A stretch of DNA of 62,431 nt, the filler included, from Choristocarpus tenellus KU-1152 (taxonomy: Eukaryota > Protista > Phaeophyceae): NCBI GenBank assembly GCA_964200185.2. It is 12 parts of 12 records of this genome, joined end to end, with 100 filler letters (N's around TTAATTAATTAA, not from the genome) between each part and the next. Parts side by side here need not be neighbours in the genome. Positions count along the whole stretch, not along the records: positions 47,636 to 52,067 come from CAXNAD020014581.1; positions 52,168 to 55,075 come from CAXNAD020023730.1; positions 55,176 to 62,431 come from CAXNAD020006455.1; 9 more parts are not named here. The stretch is one strand, 5' to 3'. Within the stretch, counting starts at the first letter, position 1, and each line of letters starts with the position of its first letter. The translations under genes were made by a program, and so were the position numbers. Shown one piece after another: positions 51,329 to 62,431 of this stretch. The notes below the pieces were generated by a model that was given only the letters and a program-made list of their open reading frames with translations, was not told the origin of the DNA and searched no databases.

Positions 51329-52428
51329 GGTACAAGGTGTCTCATCCACCCCGCCCTTTCTTGGGCAGCAGTACGTTTGTCTTTTTCTTTATTCCAAGAG
51401 TTGAGCTGTTACCTGCGATGCTTGTGTTGGTTTTGGTTAAATGGTGGGTTCCCACCGTAGTGCCTCTCGTATGAAATACATCGGCTACTATTACGTACTA
51501 CGTAGATTAAAATAAATGTCAAGTCGTGCAGAGCACCCTCTATGAACAAAAGGTAGCCAACATGCCCCTTGAAAAGATAGAACAACGAATAAGGAGATGA
51601 GAATGCCACGAAAGCACAACCTTACGCTGAGCAGTCGGCATCTTCGACAACTGTAGTTATTGATCATCTCAACGATACCTTTCCCCTCTCCACCTACCCA
51701 CCCACAGTACGCTTTCTGCCACAGTTCCTATTACCGCCTGCTACTCACTCCTCTCTTGTACAGTCCAGGCTACAGCAAGATACACAGCACGAACTAGATG
51801 TATTCCCTTCACAGTATGTCAGTAGAAAAAGTGCAATGCCTACCCAGTTTCGTAAATTCCGGTCTCTCTCGAATGTGTACCTCTTGCCCTCCCCCCCCCT
51901 GTGCTGTTCTTTTGTACACCCTCTGTTTGACCCATCTGATACCATGAGAATCCTCGAGGACGACCAAATAAGCAGACCAGCAGGCAAAGTGAACAAACAC
52001 CCCTATGTTTTTGACATTTATTTATTGAAGGCAGCTTGATTAATTGGCCTACCTACCCCCCCACCCCNNNNNNNNNNNNNNNNNNNNNNNNNNNNNNNNN
52101 NNNNNNNNNNNTTAATTAATTAANNNNNNNNNNNNNNNNNNNNNNNNNNNNNNNNNNNNNNNNNNNNGGGGGGGTCTCCACCCTGCATAGCTGCAGTTTA
52201 TCTATTATTGCTGAAAGGAAAAGTGCCCTTGGTCTTTGGTACTCTGGATTATATATTTTTTGTGCCAGATCAACGCACTTGTTTTTAACTTTTTGAGGGA
52301 TGTTGTGGGCAACAAAGAGTGTTGACATTTTGAACATTAAAAAAAAAATCGAATGTGCTCTTGTTTCGTATGAATGCCTCTTGTTCTCCACATTTTGTTT
52401 CTATTCTATTTTCCCTTGTGACCCGTAG

Positions 52429-54149
52429 AACCCCTATCGACCCTCTCTACCCCCATGCCAAGGTGGCCGATTATGGTCTGGTTGGGACAAAGGCTGCTAT
52501 AAATGGGGCTGGTGGGCACAGGAGGACAAGGACGAATTCTGGAGAGTTTGAGGCAGAAACAGCCACCTTTGAGAGTGGAAGGGGTGAGATGGACCCTATC
52601 CGGCCTTCTGGGTATGCTTGGACAGCCCCTGAAATATTGGGAGCGAAGGAGTGGAATGTGTCACTCTACTCTGAAGCCAGCGATGTTTACAGGTGGATGT
52701 GATGGGTTATGATTAGTCAGAAAGATGTGATCTGTTGGATGTATAGTATTGACTCCCGGGTGTGTTAATGGTGTTTTTGAGTACAAGATTAGTTATGTAT
52801 CGTGATTTTGGATAGTTTTGGTTTTGGTTTTAGTTTCTTTTACATGAAAGAGTGTTTTGTTTGTATCCGTGTAGATTTTTTATGGGAAGGGGGAGGGGGG
52901 GGGCATTTGTGTACGATGTCATGTGAAATTTTGTCGTCTGTATAGAAATGTGAGAGTTGTTTGGTATGTGTCGTGCCCAGTAATGGTTTATTATAGTATA
53001 ATATTATTCTTTTCTAATAATTTTATTTTGAATGCTCAATTGCAGGTTTTTGAAGAAGCAATTTCGGACCACCTCCCAATACCCTCATGACTCATGGCTC
53101 ATGCTCTATATTAGTATCATTGCTCATAGACTTGAGTGGCACTATGAGCACTAATATGATTTTTTTTGTCACGTGCCCCAACCAATGTTGACAGTCTGGG
53201 TACCATTACGTGGGAGGTGATATGTGGTCGAGGAAAGAGGCCATGGCAAGACATTCCTGCAAACAAGGTCTGTATTATCCCCCCTATCTACATTCACCCT
53301 GTTTACCGATTACTACTCCTTTGTTCTGTCCCCCTCCCCCCCCAAATTGATCCCTTAACCCCATTGTTGAATTTGAAAAGTTTCTGCAATCAGTTAGGGA
53401 GTTATCTTTGCTCTGGAGTAGTGAGGGTAGAAGAGGGTAAAAGGTTGTGTGTTTAGTATTAGGATGTGTGTTACAGTGATTTGTTATTGTTGTGTAGTTG
53501 AGCAAGTCGCTATAAAATTTGAGGCGTTTATTGGTAATGGTAACATTCCACTCCCTCTTGAGCAGCAACTACTGTGCTCCCGTCTGATTGTGACGTTAGA
53601 TTGGCTGAAAGGTTTCTTACGTTCACGTGTCGTGTTTGCTGCCGCTCTATTGTTAACTGAATTGCTTTGGATTTTCGCAGGTGAAGTCCCTGGTGCTCGA
53701 GGGGAGTACCCTTCCCATTCCAATGGAATGTCCCACCCTCTATGGTAAGTTTGGGCTGGAATGGTTCAGATAGAGTTAACGGGTTGCCTCCTGAATCAAG
53801 TCTTTGTTGTATAAATAGTTGTGTGTATATGTCCAGGTGATGCTGGGAGGGTTAAGCTGGGGGGGTTGTGACATTCTCCGGTGTACTATTAATACAGAGT
53901 TTAGGGTTAGGTTTAGGGTTAAGGTTAGACCTGGTGGGCACCAATTTCATCTTCTATGTCCACAACCATGTGTACGTCCCTCGTCCCTCCCTTCCTGTTA
54001 CCAACTCTTCTCTACATCCCTCTTTTTTAATATAATCAGGCAAGGTGATGCTTTTGTGCTGGAGGTCGTCTCCCACGTTCCGGCCCACCTTTGCCAAGGT
54101 TAACGAGCTAATGCAGGAGGAGCCCCCAGTCGTGGATGATGCACCCTAA
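52429..54149 (+). CDS. Tyrosine-kinase-like (TKL) protein kinase, C-lobe and C-terminus
   Basis: Phase-compatible exons: 52429-52692 (HAKVADYG...WTAPEIL...ASDVYS); 53195-53267 (LGTITWEVICGRGKRPWQDI); 53681-53744 (VKSLVLEGSTLPIPMECPTLY); 54040-54149 (KVMLLCWRSSPTFRPTFAKVNELM...*). Subdomains VII-XI. Confidence 0.92.
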
Positions 54150-55176
54150 AAAGGTTAAAAAGTGAACTTTTTTCTTTGTCCTTCCAGTCCTCTCAGCAGC
54201 TAGGCAATGAATTAGGGCTGAAGTTTTATTTTTTTTCAAGCTTTTTTGAAATGTTTCTCTTTATGTGGGCTCTGCCATTTTGTTCTTTGAAAGGCGATTT
54301 ATTTTCCCCTCTCCCACAGTGGTAGGAATTTTCCTCTTGGAGTAGTGGTGTGCAATTGATTTTTTTTTATGATTCTACTATTGCTGCATTTTGTGTTGGA
54401 TGTTGCTTAAGAAATATAGTTGCAGCATGCCCCTAGTGGAAGTTTTGAGGAGAGGTGAATGGGAAGAGTACTGATGTTGATAAGGAGAGAAAAAATGCAG
54501 CGGCCCCTCGTGGAAGTGGGAGAGGAAGGAGGGGGTATGGGGATCACAATGTTCTTGTTGTATCAAGGGTTGGGTTCTGATGGTGCTGTAGTGCACCAAT
54601 GTTGTCCCGTGCCTTCACACTATCACCCTTCAGCACATTTGTCCAGTAGGGTGTGGTTGGGTGTGAGATTCTTGTAATACTCTACTCTGGTACTTTAGTT
54701 TGTTTTTTCACTGGTAAATTTGATCGGCCCTTCAAAGCAATGACTTTTTTCTGTCTTTTGCTTGGCATGGTTGCACAATTTCAAGTTTTGTCCTGTTGGA
54801 CACGTGATATTATGAATCTTGCTGTAATTTTTTTCAGGGTCTGTTGGAGGGGGGGAAGGTGCAACAGTATTTTAGTATCATTGTTTGTATCGTTTTTTGG
54901 TGTATACAGCCCTTCTTAAGGAGTAGCACAGTACCTCCTTGTGTCTGCTCTGTTGGTATCCCCTGCACTGCAACAACAATGAGACCCTGGTATGGGGGAG
55001 GGGGGGAGGGGGAGGGGGGGGGGAAACAGATTCTAGGACATGTTTGCCCTTTCTTCACACTTTGAAGTACCTTTTNNNNNNNNNNNNNNNNNNNNNNNNN
55101 NNNNNNNNNNNNNNNNNNNTTAATTAATTAANNNNNNNNNNNNNNNNNNNNNNNNNNNNNNNNNNNNNNNNNNNNG

Positions 55177-56010
55177 CGTGGTGGTCAAGAAAAGTCGTAT
55201 TTTGTGACAGAACTGGGTGATGCACCTGAGGGCACGGAGTCCCCGTCACAATTACGTCGATACAGTAAACAGGATCACTATGGCAAGATGTCCACGGGCA
55301 GGGAATTGAGGTCTGGAGCGGACAAGGTGAAGCCTAAGGTGATATATCAGGACCCTAAACCTGTCCCTGGTCGGGAGGCAAACCAGTGGGTTGGACTCAA
55401 GGGGAAGGGGAGGGAGAACCAGTCTCCCCATGTGTGGAGCCGCATTGTGAAAGATCAAATGTCAGACCCATCTAGTCCCTATGGTGATGTCAACAGGGTG
55501 GATAAGGAGCCTGGGCAAGGAAGGGTAAGTGAACAGGACGGTGTTGAGGAAGAACCGCTATACACACCTCGACAACCACACCACGTGATTGAGGAGGGAC
55601 ACTGGCGTCGGTCTAATGTAGGGCATAGGGAGGGAGGGAGTAATAACAGGGCACAGAGGTCGTCACCTTCGTACACACAGCACCAAGGAAGGAATGGTAT
55701 TAGAGTAGCAGATGATGATCCCAGGGCAAAACAACAGAGAGAGAGGGCACAGAGGACAGGTATCCATGGGTCATCACGCGTGCCTTCAGATGATTTTCAG
55801 CACCTGCAAGGCAGTAACAACGGTGCTGTTGGGGGGGGAAGGCGGTCGCAACCCCCGACGCAAGCACGACGGACAGGATTTCATCAGACTTGGTCACCGC
55901 ATATTGAAGGATCAACACAACACCCACCAAATCATTTCAACTATGTGGGGGACCGTCGAGAGCGTGATTACCATGGCTACAGGGAAAGGGGCTATCATCC
56001 CAGGGGTTGA
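55177..56010 (+). CDS. Low-complexity, probably disordered terminal exon of an unknown protein (5' truncated)
   Basis: Frame open from the contig start to TGA at 56008-56010 (about 277 codons), G/R/S/Q-rich, unusually long for this stop-rich DNA. Confidence 0.6.
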   Translation, partial: RGGQEKSYFVTELGDAPEGTESPSQLRRYSKQDHYGKMSTGRELRSGADKVKPKVIYQDPKPVPGREANQWVGLKGKGRENQSPHVWSRIVKDQMSDPSSPYGDVNRVDKEPGQGRVSEQDGVEEEPLYTPRQPHHVIEEGHWRRSNVGHREGGSNNRAQRSSPSYTQHQGRNGIRVADDDPRAKQQRERAQRTGIHGSSRVPSDDFQHLQGSNNGAVGGGRRSQPPTQARRTGFHQTWSPHIEGSTQHPPNHFNYVGDRRERDYHGYRERGYHPRG

Positions 56011-57344
56011 AAGAACACTTCTCCTCGTGTTCACAAGACTTATCTTTTTGGGAAGGAATAACGAATCTCTATAGGGGAATTTCCTCTTGTGGAGTTGCCA
56101 TCCTTTTTGTGACGCACACGCTCCTTTTGAGGTGGTGTGTGCAGTGTGGTATAAATATAAATGTTGAAGTAGAGGGTAGTTTTGGATTGTTGACAGGGAC
56201 TGAATGACTGCACGATCCTAGCCAGGTTTTTCACCATCTACAGGTTTAGTTCCACTGCAGTGGTTGGTAGGGGAATATAGAGCTCCCTTTCATCCCATCA
56301 TATACTACTGTATTTCAAAGTCCCATGTACGTACATTTTGAAGCATCTATAGATTCATTGTGGGGACATCCTTTTTTTTTTTTTATTTCCCAATAGTTGG
56401 GCAATGGTAATTTTTTGGTGCATCAGATTTAAAAAATTTCATAGAGGCTTGTTTTCGTGTGTGTGGATTATGTGCAACATGAGGGAAATACTTGCAACCT
56501 TTCATAAATTTTCAGAACCAAAATTTCCAGGTTTTTGGTTGCTGTTTCTACACCCGGGCCCTCCCCAACACTTAGTCCTAGTTGTACTTTGTGTATTCCA
56601 CTTTGCAACTGTGGGTATCAGTAAATATCCTGACCACTCCTGTAATGAAAGTAAAATAAATATCCAGCAAAAAAAAGTGCTATCCCTGCTTGTCTTAAAT
56701 CAGCTCCATTCATGGCATAGATAGGAACCTAAGCCAAGACTTGTTTGACATCAATCATCCATCCTTCCTGAGAAGGAAGATAGAGGTGACACACTTCAGT
56801 GCTCTACATGTGTCTGTCAATGTAAGTTCCAGACACATTTGCACAAACGTAAAAAGTACACTTGACTTAAGGTCCGCTCAACCTTTGCGAGGAACCTTCC
56901 CAATTTACAGAAAATTTTTGGCACGTGAGGAAGACATGACCATCTCGTTGCTAACACAAATTTCCAAAATGATGCACAAAAAATAAACTGGGCGATCAAG
57001 AACTGGATGGACCTATCCTCTTTTCCCCTTGAGAAAAAATTGCACACCCTTCAGCAACTACTCTACTACTGTAGAGGGTCAAGACAAACATATATACATG
57101 ATACATGACAATGTATACACAAGGTGAAGTTGAAGCTGGGCACGCTTCTGAGAGGGTATTTCTATTGACAGCTCTTTTCATGAAAACAAATGCACCAAAA
57201 ACATTAAAAATATATATACACACCCCCCAAAATAGAAATAATAAAATTAATTAATGTCACACAAAAATACGGAAGTGCTATCAAGTGGGTACACCTGCAG
57301 TATACAACATAGGTCAATGAGTAGGTGAGTTCCTTGCAAGCCTC

Positions 57345-59488
57345 TCATTTCTCCATTCCCCAATTCGCTTTCTTGTTTGCACTGGTACAAAATGTTTCGT
57401 CCAGATCCAATGCCCATTGTTGCACGTCATGTTCTTCAACTGCGACTGTAGGTACAGGTGCACATAGCAGACCAACTGCTCCATACATTGCATAGAACAC
57501 TGCCTACGAGTTGGATGGGAGAGATGCATAGTAAGGTAGAGCACAGGATCATTCACACAATGTTATTATCTGCATGTGACTCGATGCTGATGAGATATGA
57601 CTGTTTCTATATACCCCCCTATTGAAGTGAACTTTGAGGGCACGGTGGTAGTATGGTTTCTTCAAGTCCACACCAAACAGTAAACAAGAGGTAACAGAGT
57701 GGCATTTTAAGGATGCCCGCGAATATGAGCTAAGGTCTAAGGTAAGCTAAGGTCATCTTTCTTCTTTTTGAAGGCGTATAGGATATTTTCTTAACTGTAT
57801 TTTAAGTTTTCATACAATAGGGAAATCAACCCTTTCAAGTAAAACTTAGCACTTCATTCATAGAAATAACAATAAATTGCAAAATAACAAAAAAATTGGC
57901 TTATGATACAAAACGCCCAAAAATTGGATACTCCTCGTTTACGTAGGCTCAGCTGCAGTATTTCGGTGGCTCTAAAGCAAAAAAACACATCAGGAGACAC
58001 ATGCTGAAAATACCTGTACATTCTCAACTTGAAATGAAATCAAGGCAAGTTACCTGAACCTGACCATAATGAAACATGTTGTGTGAAGAATCAGGGAGAG
58101 TTTGACTGATCACCTGCCCAAACACCGACAGTCCTGCTGATGTCGCGAACGAACGTATAACCAGCAGCTGTATGAGTGCTGTTACGGCCACTGATGTCCT
58201 TAGTATCCAGGGTAGTCTTTCTGTCTCTCGTGCATGAGCTGCCCGCTCAAGTTCACGACAAATGAAGGCCTGAGTAGCACCAGGGTCAGATGAAGATTGG
58301 GAAGGTGATGCCCGTATAGAATTTGTTGAAGCAGGCACAGGTCAGAATCTTATTGCAACGTACACATATATGCTTGATCACAATGTCCTCAGCATCATGG
58401 TCACGCGCTACAAAGAGTACAGACGTGGGCATGTAAATCACCAAGTTTGGGATGCTACACAACAAATTCCACATTTGAAATTTTCCAGTCTTAGCGAGAT
58501 CAGGGACGATCATCTACCCTTCTCTTTACTCCTCTGCGCAATACTGCGCCAAACATGCCTGAAAAGCCAAGGAGCCTGCATTTCCCCGAACTCCTGCTCG
58601 ACAGAAGTCTGCTGTGAAGGGGTCGAGGCCGTGAAACAGTAGTGCCACCACAACCCCTGGGAAAAGGAGGGAAATCCATGCTTGTGCTTCAAATGCAATG
58701 GCAAGGAAATGGAAGAGTGACTTCGACGAACCCTCTACACTCTCGTCCGAGCCAGTATCACAAGGTAGCAATCGTGTTCGTCGGGAAAATCTTTGTGCCA
58801 AGGTTTTCCCCCAAGATCCGATGTTCTGCATCCAAGTGAGCACACGAGAATACGCCTTTTCCCAGGAAACTTCAGCCGTGACAGGTAATCCCCGTAAAGA
58901 TACTAAGGCCATCATTACGTCGAGGTAAGCTTGATACAATCGTCCGATTCTGCTTGGTACAAGAGGCTCCATCAAGGTAGCAATGAGGTGAAAGATTGCC
59001 CATATTCCGATACCCACGCGTAGGCGGGCACGGTAGCAATTTTCCTCATCATTTCCCACATTAATAATGTTGTTGACGGCCAAGTATAGCAATGCAGGGG
59101 TATGACTGAGCCGTACGATCATCTGCCCTGCAGACGGCGCGAGGAAGGTTGGGATGAAGAGGTGGAGAGCAGTGGCCGACAGGAACCAACCTGAGAAGAT
59201 GCTATGGACCCACAAGCTCAAACCTTGCACCAACTCCGCACCCGAACTCGAGCTTACTTGCTCAACATCCCAATTATTTTTAACTGGGTTGTTAAATTGA
59301 TGGAGAGTTTGATGATCTTTGTGTTGGGTTTGGCACAAAGCGAAGGAATGCCGAGAAATACAATTTTTCTGGCACGGAATTACGTGAATGCCCGACGAAG
59401 CAGGACAGAACAGAGGCCTGCACATCCATGAAGCAGGAGGTGACGTGCACACCACCAAAGCTTGCATCCCACTCACCAGGCCCCTCAT
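57345..59488 (-). CDS. Orphan multi-pass membrane protein, 3 exons
   Basis: 340-codon ORF 59548-58526 with several hydrophobic helices, likely ATG at ~59488. Proposed exons: to 58559; 58269-58054 (AFICRELERAA...VAVTALIQLLVI...GQVQ|GTAAC); 57503-57345 (AVFYAMYGAVGLLC...MEK*). Confidence 0.65.
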
Positions 59489-60052
59489 CTTTTCTTCAAA
59501 TTCCAAAATATTGGAGGAATCAAAGAACAAAATCGACATCAATTCCAAATTAATTCATACTATCACACAATAGGCCAACAATGCAAATAGCAAAACCGAC
59601 AACACCTTCTTCATCTTTTGTTATATTACTTTCTACAAGGCCTGCAGAGACCGGAGAGGGGGAGGGGTTCCCCCTTCTGGCGTTGGCGGTGGAATTTCTC
59701 CTTGAACTTTACCAGTTAAGGTGAGACAGGTAGCTTCGCTGTTTACTCTGTCTGTTTGTCCTTTAGCTTCAGTTGGGTTCTTGTCCTCTCCACAATGTGG
59801 TGTTAGTTTGGTAGACAGGATGTTAGTATATTTTATTGCCCCCTCTACAACAGAGCTTTCTTTCTTACAGACCTTGACACACATAGGCTCATGAAGTGCG
59901 TACTTGTGTATTTGAAACTTGCGTTGTATTTGTGCATCGTGTGTGGTGTTACAGGACTGAGAGAGGCATTATCTGTAAGGGTTCAAGGACGAAATTGAAA
60001 AGGTGAAGGGGGGATCTACGCGTCGTGTGGAGGAAAGGAAATATACGGGAAC

Positions 60053-61133
60053 ATGATGGGATCTAGAAGAGAACCTCCAGTCGTCGCATATTGTCGTTTC
60101 CTCCTGACAGCAGCCTGGAAGGGTGCCCTTCTCCTTGCCTGGATGAGAGGATCGGTTGCACTACTCCAGTATGATTCAGTCCCACGTCGCACCACTAATG
60201 AAAATCACGCAACGTTCTCATACATTTGTACGCCGCTCGATGTAACTCAAGGCGATAATTGTGACGTTGAGGTGAGTTTCCGTCCTTGACCTGCATGACG
60301 AGTTCCCATTTCAACCTCCCTGTGTGCACCAACAGTTGATGCTGAGCATGTGTGCCATCAAGTGCAGGTCGTAGGTTATACGCATGCCGAAGAGGGTCCG
60401 ATCCGATAATGTCTTTATGGTTAGGAATCCAGGCGTTTCACAGGGTGGTGTCTGCATCAAGTCGCCCACCCCAGTCTTGAGGGGACAAATGGTAGACCTG
60501 ATTGCAGGATAGGAAAAGAAGCTGGCACTTAACTCGTGTAACACACTAACGAAGTAAAAACACGAACCCTAGTAATCGAACCTTGTTCCTTTCCTGGACT
60601 CATTACTGGAGTGACAGCATGACGTGGCATGTGAGCCTAATGTAAAGCCTACATGAATGTTTCATGGCAGTACCATCTGCCTGACTAGGTGGGCAATATA
60701 ACCAAAGAAATTGCTCCGAGCTCTAGAGCAGCAGACATTGACTATCTGCTTGCTATCGCCATTGCCCCCAGGGCACACACACTCGCTCCAACCCTGTGTT
60801 GCATGTCAATGCCTCCCCTAGCCACTTGTATGCATGTGCTGCTGTATTGCCCAGAGATAGTTCGTTGCAGGCACACTTTGCCTTACATTGCATTTCATGT
60901 TGCCAAGTTCATGAACAACTACCTTCACCTTTGCACACCCCTCTCCACCGACACAATCCTCCCAACTAACGTATTTGCAAGTGGGCCCTTGACGAAGGAC
61001 TGTGGGAATGGGTGGGACCGAACTCATCTTCCTTTGTTGTGGAGGACATTATGGATGGGGTCCATACGATGAAACTTCGGCACATATTCACTTCTTCTGG
61101 GGGGAGGGTTGTGGAGGACCTCATTGAATACAC
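60053..61133 (+). CDS. Probable secreted or surface protein with a beta-rich (Ig-like?) segment, 5' exons
   Basis: Exon 60053-60271 has a hydrophobic N-terminus and ends GAG|GTGAG; exon from 60772 (GTHTRSNPVLHVN...); exon 60982-61133 (WALDEGLWEWV...SFVVEDIMDGVHTMKLRH...EYT|GTGAG) is preceded by a CTAAC branch point. Confidence 0.55.
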
Positions 61134-62431
61134 GTGAGTCCAATTTTTTTTTTGTTCCATGAGGGTCAGGTTTTTTTCGTGTTATTTACAGTGTTGTCCT
61201 GTGTTATTTCTCTTCTCCCCTCTATGTTTGATGGCAAGGGAAAAGACTTTTGCACCACCCCCCCCCTCTCCCTGGCATATCTCTCTCATTTCTCAATAAA
61301 TACACAGTGCTACCACTGTTTGCAGATGGTAATAGTGTTACTTTGTCAAAGTACTAGTGCAGTACCAATATGGACATGTCGTTGCTGTGGCAACAAGGAA
61401 CGCTCTGGAGCTAAACCGGGATTCATAGAGACAGCCTTGAGCTTTGTGAGCAGGATCATCCGGGACTTTTTTTTTTAATGTGTGTTTTCTCAGGAGACAA
61501 ACATGGCTGTGGCATGAAATCACGTTCAGGAATACTTGGCGTCACACGGTAGGTATAATGTGAGAAGAGCAGGTGGACAAGAACAGGGAACAAGAAGGGT
61601 ATTCTTTGCTTTTAGATTTTGGAATGAGTAGACTTCAAGGTGCCTATGTATGATGTGGGTGCTATCTTGGTTTGTGATACCCTTGTCTGGCTATACTATC
61701 GTACGGACCAAGGTGATTCAATTGAGACAGTACTGCTAATGTTTCCTGGTCGTTTTCCCTTAATGTCTGCCTCCTCTCCTTACTGAAAGTGGAGAGGAAG
61801 GCATCGATCGCCCCGTACGTTGCTCTGTGTCCCGAGGAAATAATACTCCACTCCACGCCTTGATCCATTTGAACCTGCTCTCGACCAAAGAGTGTGCTGT
61901 CCAGACAGTAGTCGGTACAAAAAAAAAAAAAGCACAGTGCAACGAGTTTTTTTGTTGTTGTCCTGTACAAGAAGTGTTCCGGGCCGGGGTGCGACCCAAG
62001 CGTTTGCTGTGAACAGCAATCGAGAGAATGGAGAGCGAAATCAATTACCCCAGGAACTGTCGAACAACCTCATTACGTGCTGACCAGGACAACAGGGAGG
62101 CGTTACGTAGGAAATGGTCTCGAGTATTTGCTGGACAGAAGAAGTTCCGAGCGAGAACAAGAGTGCATGCGTTTGTTTGTTTTTGTCGCCCCTCCTGCTT
62201 TCAAAGAGGCAAGTCTAATGCACGAGGTGATGAGAAAGGGCAAAGTAGAAGAAGGTCGGCGGCCTTGTGGAATAGTAGTAGTAGTAGTAGTGGAGCAGAT
62301 CCCCCGAATGTTTTGTCCCGGATGGGGGGGGGGGGGGGGGGGGGGGGGGGGTTGGAGACAAACGGGGGCTTGGGGGGTTTGTGGGAGAGAACAGAAAACA
62401 CTTGGGGGTTGGGGGGGGAGGAGTGGTGAGG

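Noticed and set aside
1113-54149. Apparent cluster of aureochrome, MCM9, RCC1, LRR and kinase as a signalling system, or LRR plus kinase as one ROCO/LRRK gene
   Set aside because: Each gene is on a separate contig joined by artificial spacers, and the LRR and kinase are on opposite strands; no linkage can be inferred.
61662-61875. Minus-strand ORF VQMDQGVEWSII... as a terminal exon
   Set aside because: Plausible acceptor but no recognisable motif or partner exon in the window; insufficient support.

Overview
Eukaryotic, intron-rich, repeat-dense DNA. It is not one locus: 12 short contigs (about 3-8 kb) are joined by an artificial 100-nt spacer (N44-TTAATTAATTAA-N44), so neighbourhood across spacers means nothing. 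An aureochrome (bZIP-LOV) and a protein with a bipartite ASAFAP-type plastid presequence point to a photosynthetic stramenopile. Long introns and frequent TTAGGG motifs suggest a brown alga or close relative (inference). Genes reconstructed by hand from splice sites and reading phase: aureochrome (partial), MCM9 N-terminus, an RCC1-repeat protein C-terminus, an LRR protein, a plastid-targeted protein, a TKL kinase C-lobe, a low-complexity terminal exon, an orphan multi-TM protein and a probably secreted protein. The rest is mostly two related MITE families sharing a CAAAGTATCT TIR core (about 20 copies) and decayed CRE-like (RT plus restriction-like endonuclease) non-LTR retrotransposons. I see no clear-cut new multi-gene system. 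The best leads are an aureochrome with a natural Thr at the photocycle-tuning V416-equivalent site, a MITE pair with mixed 3/4-bp TSDs, dense interstitial TTAGGG motifs possibly tied to the CRE-like elements, and a DYG-type kinase with a very long activation segment.
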